A stretch of 38,919 nucleotides of DNA from Fibrobacterales bacterium. GTDB lineage: Bacteria; Fibrobacterota; Fibrobacteria; Fibrobacterales; JAOPTW01. The DNA lies in assembly GCA_051532055.1 (NCBI GenBank), contig JAOPTX010000022.1, positions 1-38,919 of the forward strand, read 5' to 3'. Of this stretch, positions 12,494-19,517 are shown one piece after another; position 1 is the first letter of the stretch, and every line of letters starts with the position of its first letter. Under the pieces are notes generated by a model. That model saw nothing but the letters and a program-made list of their open reading frames with translations. It searched no databases and had not been told where the DNA came from. A program made the translations under genes and the position numbers.

Positions 12494-12652
12494 TTAATCT
12501 TCTATGTCAATTTTGATTTCCCACTCGGGCTCTTCTTCGATATCGATCACTGGAGACCAATCTTTTTTATGACAGGGTAACGATGCAGAGACACTATCGT
12601 CACTCATCTCTTTACTGCTATCTTCCTGTGCATTCTCTGACCATTCTGGCAT
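12494..12652 (-). CDS. Uncalled 52-aa acidic small protein, last gene of the putative effector operon
   Basis: Manual translation: MPEWSENAQEDSSKEMSDDSVSASLPCHKKDWSPVIDIEEEPEWEIKIDIED*. RBS CAGGAG lies 5 nt upstream, and the start is 21 nt after the previous stop on the same strand. Confidence 0.65.
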   Translation of the reverse strand: MPEWSENAQEDSSKEMSDDSVSASLPCHKKDWSPVIDIEEEPEWEIKIDIED

Positions 12653-12673
12653 CATAACTCCTGTTGTGTGTAC

Positions 12674-13012
12674 CTATTTGATTCGCTTGTAGGTAAGATA
12701 GATGCGACTATCCTCAGACATAGCTGAATCAAGAAGCGGTTCACAAATATATTGATACTTCGTTTTACTGAGAAATTTTGTATCAAGACCATAATAGAGA
12801 TCCACAAAAAGGGTAATATTCCCTTCTGTTGAAAACCCATTTCTTTGGGCAGTTCTCACGTAAGCATAGAGCTGCTCTTCAAGTTCTGTATCATCAAGAG
12901 AGGCAACAGCATCGGGAAATACTTTTCTTACATGCACAGCCAGTCGTACCAAAAATTTCTGTACCGTTGGTTGCATAATTTTATGCATTTGTTCATCACG
13001 AATTACAAACAT
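12674..13012 (-). CDS. Small helical protein of a type seen beside or fused to DUF4123 adaptors
   Basis: MFVIRDEQM...FLVRLAVHVRKVFPD...AQRNGFSTE...LYYGLD..F pattern, recalled from DUF4123-neighbouring ORFs. It starts 16 nt after the lipoprotein stop. Confidence 0.6.
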   Translation of the reverse strand: MFVIRDEQMHKIMQPTVQKFLVRLAVHVRKVFPDAVASLDDTELEEQLYAYVRTAQRNGFSTEGNITLFVDLYYGLDTKFLSKTKYQYICEPLLDSAMSEDSRIYLTYKRIK

Positions 13013-13028
13013 ACCGCTATCCCGTTAC

Positions 13029-14141
13029 TTATTTCCCTACCATGCCATCGGTAATGAGAGCAGCAAGTGTAGGTTCACTCATATATTCTCCTGCAAATGC
13101 ATAGAGAAAGTAGGTTTGATGTCGAGGAACCACTTGTTGAAAGTCAAGGAGGTTGATGTTAAAATACCCTTGAGCATTTCCATTTTCTACAGGCTGATAA
13201 CTCGGAACTCGTAACCGCACCGTCATGCCATCACCATAATCAGCCCCAACAAGTAATAGTGTTATGGGTACAATTGCTGTAGGTGTTCCTTCGCCCCAAT
13301 TCATATTGGGAATATCTTCGGGTTTTGACGGAAGATTAAATGCGCCACTCACCATCCACCTATCGCCTGGATTCAGTGTTTGCACTCGTTCTACTTGAAA
13401 TATCACGCCTGTTTCATTAGGAATAGCTGGTGAATTACCTCGTTTTTCAAAAGAGGGAAGAGCGCGCTCCGGATCAATGGGAGGAAATATCTCCGGAATA
13501 ATTTTTGCCCGTTCATCAGCAATAAACTGTTCAGCTGCAGGGTCAGTGAATTGCTTTTCAGATTTTTTCAACACAATCCGCTGACGATTTGATACACGAT
13601 CGCGCAAGATCACCGTCGCAATAAACTCATTAGGCATCCACTCAAAATTAAAACGCTCATGGAGGTCTATTTCGTATAACAGAGCCTTATAGCTTGATGG
13701 AGAAGGGTTTTTATTTTTAGGTTCATCATCCTCATCCTCATCTTCAGGGATAATAACACCCGATGCATACAGACGATTTTGATGCAGATCCATAAGAAGT
13801 AAATGACCATGTACATCCATTGGTAATTGGTCCATCTGCACAGCATTTCCTGCTCGTAATACTATAAGAGGCATCTCAGTTGTACTATCAATAATAACCT
13901 TGCTGGGGCTCCCAATAATGACCCCGTCAAATTTTTCACTCCTGAGTTGTTTGCTCACCAGCATCTGTTCTTTAGAAGGGTTTGAAAAATACTCTTCATC
14001 ACTCATACTGAATCTTAAATCGGTAGTTGAAGGCACTGTGCTCATTGGGTATTCCTTTTTCTGTTGTATATATTCTTTTGAGCTACAGCTGATCATAACA
14101 ATCAACAATGCGGCACTATAACTTTTAATATTTAATAGCAT
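13029..14141 (-). CDS. Putative lipoprotein, candidate immunity protein
   Basis: 370 aa with AALLIVMISC lipobox-like N-terminus. Its start overlaps the upstream metallopeptidase-like gene by 10 nt. No recognisable catalytic motif. Confidence 0.6.
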   Translation of the reverse strand: MLLNIKSYSAALLIVMISCSSKEYIQQKKEYPMSTVPSTTDLRFSMSDEEYFSNPSKEQMLVSKQLRSEKFDGVIIGSPSKVIIDSTTEMPLIVLRAGNAVQMDQLPMDVHGHLLLMDLHQNRLYASGVIIPEDEDEDDEPKNKNPSPSSYKALLYEIDLHERFNFEWMPNEFIATVILRDRVSNRQRIVLKKSEKQFTDPAAEQFIADERAKIIPEIFPPIDPERALPSFEKRGNSPAIPNETGVIFQVERVQTLNPGDRWMVSGAFNLPSKPEDIPNMNWGEGTPTAIVPITLLLVGADYGDGMTVRLRVPSYQPVENGNAQGYFNINLLDFQQVVPRHQTYFLYAFAGEYMSEPTLAALITDGMVGK

Positions 14142-16657
14142 TCTTCTGCTCGACCTAACCAGCTTGAATGCAAGTCTTCTAAGTTTCGAGCCCGTATATG
14201 GTCACGACAGGATGGGCAAAATGAAGGTCGATTATCAGCCGATCCACCACTACCAAACAATATACACGTCCCTCGTGTACTACCAAATTTTGGGAGTAAA
14301 ATATTTGCATTAGAAACCCCATGAGCACAGTGTGACCCAACATGAATAGGGCGATGACCGTCATCTACATCCGGTAATCTATTAGAATAGTAAGTCCCTC
14401 CCACATCATCAACAGTCATTGCAGTAAGCCCTGGTGCCGGTTCTGATTTATTAGTTGTAATAGTCATACCCATTGCATGAGCAAGTTCATGGCAGAATGT
14501 TGATGAGGCCGCCCCAGAAATATCTTTCTTGTGGCAATAGAGAATGCGTGAGCCACGAGCAGAGCCATTCGAAGCTCCATGAGTTTTAATTTTATATCCA
14601 ATATCTATGGGACAACTATTTGGACTTTCACCACCAACAAACTCACCAGGATAAGGTTTGCCATCGGGATCATCCCCTTCCTTTAGCGTTAACTTAAGGG
14701 TCTTATAGTCGGGAAATGTAAACCAATCTCTACTCATCTCACCACTTCGTGCATTCCCATCATCATCAAGCCCTGGATGAAAGGGTTTTAATGGAGTAAC
14801 CGCCTCTTCTAATGCACTCTTGACATTATTAAAGCGATCCTGTTTTCTCGTATTACCAGCCTCTGCATGTACAGAAATATTAAATCGATACCCATACTCT
14901 TTAGCTGTTTTTACTGCAGTAAAAATTTGTGTTACAAAATTGGTAATATCTGATTTTTGAGAGTCCGAAAGATCGGTTTCTCTGTGTCCTACAGTAGGAT
15001 TAGGAAAATCTAACGTAACGTCACCCACTTTACCAGTAGTATCCTTCAATATAACTTTTCCATTAACCGCATCTTCAGTGGTAGGCCCTGCTCCAAGGTC
15101 TTCCATCTCTGGCTTATAAACATTAGGGTTATCTATAATTGCATCCCAAGGTAAATCCGCAGAGTCAGGTAGTGAAAAAGGATACCCAGTATCAAATACC
15201 TTTTCAAATAGGTACCCACTAATACCAGTAAAATCAATCGTTTTCTCTGTGAGTGTTTCAAACTCTGCAGGAGTCTCTTTTTTATATTTAAATATTCTAT
15301 CACACAGCATAAAATGTAATACACGAGTGTCATCTGTAACGGTATACGGGTCGGGTGCATACCATTTTAATGGTCCACTTGGTGTATACCGATCGCGCCC
15401 CGCATCTTTAACATAGTCGCCACTCATAACAGCATCGCCCAAATCTGCTTTTGGTATACTCTTACTCTTCAAAAGATCAAACTCTACGAAGGTTGCGGCA
15501 AGACGTATTTTTGCTTTAGATTTTATATCATCATGAACATCTTTTGCCGCTTCTCCCGCTTTGTTTTGACCATCGTATAAGTCTGCCGCCATAAAGTCAG
15601 GATAGGTCAGTTCATAATAGAGCTTGCGCCAATTGGTAAACGTAACCTTGTCATCACTGCACGCATCAGTACTTCCTATGGAAATCTCACATTGGTCGCC
15701 CCCCGCATTACCCAGGCATACGTCAAATTCACCAACTCCCCCATCAAGCTTCAGATCAACTTTCGCAGTATATTCTAGACGTTCTGTTACTTCAGTTGGA
15801 TCACCATCGACACTTTTTCCGGCCAGTATCGCAGTTTTTGGTAATGTTCGGGCACTCTTTTTAGCAACCGTCCCATCATTACCCAAAAACTTTGTTTTTA
15901 CAAAAACAGTGATCCCTTCTTTTCCAATAGGCTCTGCAATGGTTACTCCATCTTCACTTCTATCGCCTTTTACCCCTACTTGTATCGTAATGGTATTTCC
16001 TTTAAAATCCTGACCATTACTATCGGTCTCTTGATTCACCCACTGCTTGGGAACTTTTCCACCATTAGTATTCAAGCTTTTGGGTGTGACAAATTGTGCT
16101 TCAAAATTGAGTTTCCCCGATAATTTCAAATCTCTGAGGGCTTCGCCGACCTCCTCGGTATTGGTAATTTCATAGGGGTGTTTCCCTTTTAAGGTAAAAG
16201 GGAGTTTTTTAGTCAAGGGAATTTCAGCAACCCCAACCTCACCCTCTTTAGCTGTTTTGATTGATGCACCTTGCTGTTCGCCACCTTGCATAAGTTTTAT
16301 AGGAAATTCAGAATAGGCCTCATCACCTCCCTCATGTACTACTTTTACCTTTGCAGCTTTCGGCCAAATGTATATTTCATCATCATTATCTACTCTCGTT
16401 CCCGATGCATCAACTTCCACATAATAGGTAAGTACTTGATGCTCTTTCTTTGGGTCAACTTCTGGTGCAGTAAATTTACAGGTTGCTGCCTTGCCGGTGC
16501 GTGCCGAAGGGTCGCTCGATATTTGCCCCGTCTCCCTATTAATCTCTACTCCATCAAGCAAAAAGACAAATGTTATCGCTGCATCTTCCGGCTCACCGCG
16601 TTGCAGTAACGCAACCATGCCAAATTCTTTATTTTCGAAAATATCTCGCTTACCCAT
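14132..16657 (-). CDS. 841-aa protein with C-terminal HExxH zinc-metallopeptidase-like domain, candidate secreted effector
   Basis: FCHELAHAMG motif (14477-14491) followed by GSHC, GTCILFG and FCPSC. Beta-rich N-terminal half, no signal peptide, divergent from a DUF4123 gene. Confidence 0.65.
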   Translation of the reverse strand: MGKRDIFENKEFGMVALLQRGEPEDAAITFVFLLDGVEINRETGQISSDPSARTGKAATCKFTAPEVDPKKEHQVLTYYVEVDASGTRVDNDDEIYIWPKAAKVKVVHEGGDEAYSEFPIKLMQGGEQQGASIKTAKEGEVGVAEIPLTKKLPFTLKGKHPYEITNTEEVGEALRDLKLSGKLNFEAQFVTPKSLNTNGGKVPKQWVNQETDSNGQDFKGNTITIQVGVKGDRSEDGVTIAEPIGKEGITVFVKTKFLGNDGTVAKKSARTLPKTAILAGKSVDGDPTEVTERLEYTAKVDLKLDGGVGEFDVCLGNAGGDQCEISIGSTDACSDDKVTFTNWRKLYYELTYPDFMAADLYDGQNKAGEAAKDVHDDIKSKAKIRLAATFVEFDLLKSKSIPKADLGDAVMSGDYVKDAGRDRYTPSGPLKWYAPDPYTVTDDTRVLHFMLCDRIFKYKKETPAEFETLTEKTIDFTGISGYLFEKVFDTGYPFSLPDSADLPWDAIIDNPNVYKPEMEDLGAGPTTEDAVNGKVILKDTTGKVGDVTLDFPNPTVGHRETDLSDSQKSDITNFVTQIFTAVKTAKEYGYRFNISVHAEAGNTRKQDRFNNVKSALEEAVTPLKPFHPGLDDDGNARSGEMSRDWFTFPDYKTLKLTLKEGDDPDGKPYPGEFVGGESPNSCPIDIGYKIKTHGASNGSARGSRILYCHKKDISGAASSTFCHELAHAMGMTITTNKSEPAPGLTAMTVDDVGGTYYSNRLPDVDDGHRPIHVGSHCAHGVSNANILLPKFGSTRGTCILFGSGGSADNRPSFCPSCRDHIRARNLEDLHSSWLGRAEECY

Positions 16658-16986
16658 TATATATAGACACCCCTACAGTTATCATATCAACACAGTATAT
16701 AAAATTAATATAAGATTAAATCGTCCTATTCCAAGGTTCAACTCACTATTCCAACTTGAAAAAGAAATCTTATAACAAAGTGGTGGTTCTTGCTTGAATT
16801 CTCATATAGATTTAAATAATTTCCTACTAGCCTACTACTCAATTCACTATATTACAGAGTAAAATATAATTATACAACAAAGAACGAAGCCAGAAATAGT
16901 TTAAATATCGTTTATTACAATTACCTTAATAGTTGCTAGTGTATTCTTTTTTTACATACTCACATACTGACCAGAGCGGTTGCCCT

Positions 16987-17565
16987 ATGACTACAAATGA
17001 GCCTACAAACCATCCCCCAATTGCTTCCCTTGAATCTTTACTGTGGCCTATTAGTGAAGACCGTTCAGATTACTGGGTCTATGCGGTTCTTGATGGCGCC
17101 CAAAACAGATCTATTGCATCAACGCTCTTTGATAGCTTTGCACGCTATGAATGCCTCTACGAAGGCGAGCTTACCAGTGAAATGCGCGCAGTCGCCCCCT
17201 ATCTCATTCGTCTTCGCCAAGGCACCCCCTATACTCAATGGCTCTTTGACAATGTTCCCGCCAATAACTGGGGAATCTTTATTAAAAGCACTGCAAACTT
17301 CAAAGAACTTCGCAGACACCTCCGCCGCTTTTTGCGGGTAAAATCCGAAGAAGGAAAAACACTCCTCTTTAGATGGTACGACCCTCGAGTTATGAGAGCC
17401 TACTTACCCACTTGTACCGAAGAAGAACTCAATTTTATTTTTGGACCTATGAGTCACATTATTACCGAAAGTGAAACCAACTATACTTTTCATGAATTTT
17501 CAATAGAGAGCACTGAACTGAGCTGTGAAACTGTTGAGACAGATACTCACGCCCTAGTCCAATAA
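16987..17565 (+). CDS. DUF4123 family T6SS effector chaperone/adaptor
   Basis: YAVLDGA, LYEG, APYLIRL, WGIFI, LRRHLRRFL, LLFRWYDPRVMRAYLPTC and IFGP are the DUF4123 pattern. ATG 16987 is preferred over TTG 16933. Confidence 0.92.
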   Translation: MTTNEPTNHPPIASLESLLWPISEDRSDYWVYAVLDGAQNRSIASTLFDSFARYECLYEGELTSEMRAVAPYLIRLRQGTPYTQWLFDNVPANNWGIFIKSTANFKELRRHLRRFLRVKSEEGKTLLFRWYDPRVMRAYLPTCTEEELNFIFGPMSHIITESETNYTFHEFSIESTELSCETVETDTHALVQ

Positions 17566-17576
17566 AAGGTGAAGCA

Positions 17577-18227
17577 ATGTCATTTGGTACATTTGATAAT
17601 GAAAAAGAGTGGTTTGGCTCCAACCAATCACCATTAGATAAATTTACGGGTGGTGGCGTTATGGCGCCAAGTCTTGACTCATCTCCACCAGCAGAAGCCC
17701 CATTAGAAGAGCTTGAAGACGAGCCCCCCACAGAGGAAATAGAAGAGAGTACAGAACCAAAAATTCAACTCTCAAATGCACAATTTATCAGACCCAACTC
17801 TGGGTATGAGATGGGTGAAAAATGCCGGATTACCGTGGATGTTGAAGTAATTGGTGAGAATCCAGACCCCAATGTTCATTTTGCCCTCTATGCCGATTAC
17901 AAAGACTCAAAAAATGAATTTTTATCGCGCACTGGAGCGAAGTATAGTAATGGAAAAGCTGAGACAAGCATTCATTTGGCCTATCCATCAGACTATCTAT
18001 CAGATTTAGATAGTCACACCGAAACAGACGCCTACTACTACTGTATTGCCTCTCATGACGAATGTGTTGAGGAAGCTCGTAGTCAAACTCTTGAACTCCC
18101 CGACACTGATGACAGTGCTGATGCCGCCGCTCAAGCCGCAGTACTCACTCAAGCAGCTGAAGATGGAACACCCTTTTGTGAAGAGTGTGAGAAACTTCGT
18201 AAACAAAAAGAAAAAGAGAACGCCTAG
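17577..18227 (+). CDS. Acidic hypothetical protein with C-terminal QAAVLTQAAEDGTPFCEEC tail
   Basis: RBS AAGGTG, starting 11 nt after the DUF4123 stop. Pro/Glu linker, beta-rich middle and a CxxC-containing tail. Confidence 0.75.
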   Translation: MSFGTFDNEKEWFGSNQSPLDKFTGGGVMAPSLDSSPPAEAPLEELEDEPPTEEIEESTEPKIQLSNAQFIRPNSGYEMGEKCRITVDVEVIGENPDPNVHFALYADYKDSKNEFLSRTGAKYSNGKAETSIHLAYPSDYLSDLDSHTETDAYYYCIASHDECVEEARSQTLELPDTDDSADAAAQAAVLTQAAEDGTPFCEECEKLRKQKEKENA

Positions 18228-18248
18228 GTAACAGTAGTGCTCTGCGCA

Positions 18249-19421
18249 CTACCAATACTGTTCGACATAATCGTACATATAGGTAAACGAAGGCCCTTCT
18301 CCATCTGCATATTCTGGAAAGGGAACATCTGATTTGAGCCACCCATCGCCCTCAGAATAATAGCGTTCAATGGCCCCCGTTTTGGTATTCCACATTACGA
18401 TATATGAATATTTTGAGCGCCCATTTTTGTTCAATCCAAAATGAGCCATTATATCACCCGCCCCTCCTGAGTTTTCCAAAAGATTTGTATGAGGAAGTGT
18501 AATGGTACTATTAACCCATACTTTTCCCGAATAGCGAAATTGGGAGCACACACCCGTTTTGGTATTCCATACCAGCACTGATTTTACAGGACCCTTAGAT
18601 AAAAGCCCTTTTGTTTTAGGTAACTCACTATACTGCATCATAATTTCGCCAACAGATCCAGTAGTCGTCACCATAGTTTGCTCTGGGAGAGTAGTATCTG
18701 ATTTATACCATTTTTTATCTTTAAAATAGTATCGCACCGATTGCCCCGTTTGTGTATTCCAAATAAGAGCAACATGATAGAGAGAGCCCGAGGGAGCTGT
18801 TACTATATGATAATCCATCATGACTTCTCCCGTTGCCCCTGCAGTCTGGAGAGGAGCCTCTGGAAGATTATATGGAGAACGAATCCAACGACCTTTTTTC
18901 TCATAAAACCGAGCAGATTCACCCGTTTTGGTATTCCAGAGGATCATTGCCTTAATAATTTTTCTTTTTGGTGAAAGTTTTTCATAGAAAGACGCCATTA
19001 TCGTCCCCGCTTCTTTGGGCAAATTATCAAATGACTCCTTTGGAAGTGTTCTTTTGGACTGTTGCCATTTTTTCTTATGATAAAAATATCGTTCGGTCTT
19101 TCCTGTTTTACTATTCCAGGCGTAGAGTGCTGTATACTTTTTACCCGACTTAGATTTCACCTGAATATGTTGAAAGAGTACTTCACCAATCTCTTGGCTT
19201 GATTCTACAATATTTTTAGGGGGTGTAACAGAAATCTCATTCCATTTCTTGTTCTTGTAGACAAACTCAGTAGAATTGCCTTTTCCACTATTCCACATCA
19301 ATACAGTGCGAATTTGTTTTTTAGACTCGATTGCTGTTGATGATGCATAATGAGGATTGTGTACTGGATTGTACCCATAGAGACTATGGATACAAAGGAT
19401 AAGAATACAGAGATATTTCAT
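18249..19421 (-). CDS. Secreted protein with six ~60-aa WNxx(T/K)G repeats (possible beta-propeller)
   Basis: Signal peptide MKYLCILILCIHSLYG. Repeats WNSGKG, WNSKTG, WNTKTG, WNTQTG, WNTKTG, WNTKTG, each followed by a Y/F-x-Y...W...P pattern. Confidence 0.8.
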   Translation of the reverse strand: MKYLCILILCIHSLYGYNPVHNPHYASSTAIESKKQIRTVLMWNSGKGNSTEFVYKNKKWNEISVTPPKNIVESSQEIGEVLFQHIQVKSKSGKKYTALYAWNSKTGKTERYFYHKKKWQQSKRTLPKESFDNLPKEAGTIMASFYEKLSPKRKIIKAMILWNTKTGESARFYEKKGRWIRSPYNLPEAPLQTAGATGEVMMDYHIVTAPSGSLYHVALIWNTQTGQSVRYYFKDKKWYKSDTTLPEQTMVTTTGSVGEIMMQYSELPKTKGLLSKGPVKSVLVWNTKTGVCSQFRYSGKVWVNSTITLPHTNLLENSGGAGDIMAHFGLNKNGRSKYSYIVMWNTKTGAIERYYSEGDGWLKSDVPFPEYADGEGPSFTYMYDYVEQYW

Positions 19422-19517
19422 AGATGATCTTAAAAAAGATAATGAGAGAAGGTAACATAATCAAAGTTTGATGTCAATTACCCATCCATTCTCTTTACAC
19501 TGTAAAAGAAGTACCCT

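Noticed and set aside
12652..12840. 62-aa minus-strand ORF overlapping the 112-aa gene
   Set aside because: Alternative frame inside a better-supported CDS, with no RBS or motif.
18376..19300. CRISPR-like regularly spaced 17-nt repeats
   Set aside because: Spacing is ~180 nt, the repeats are in-frame codons for WNTKTG inside a CDS, and there are no cas genes.
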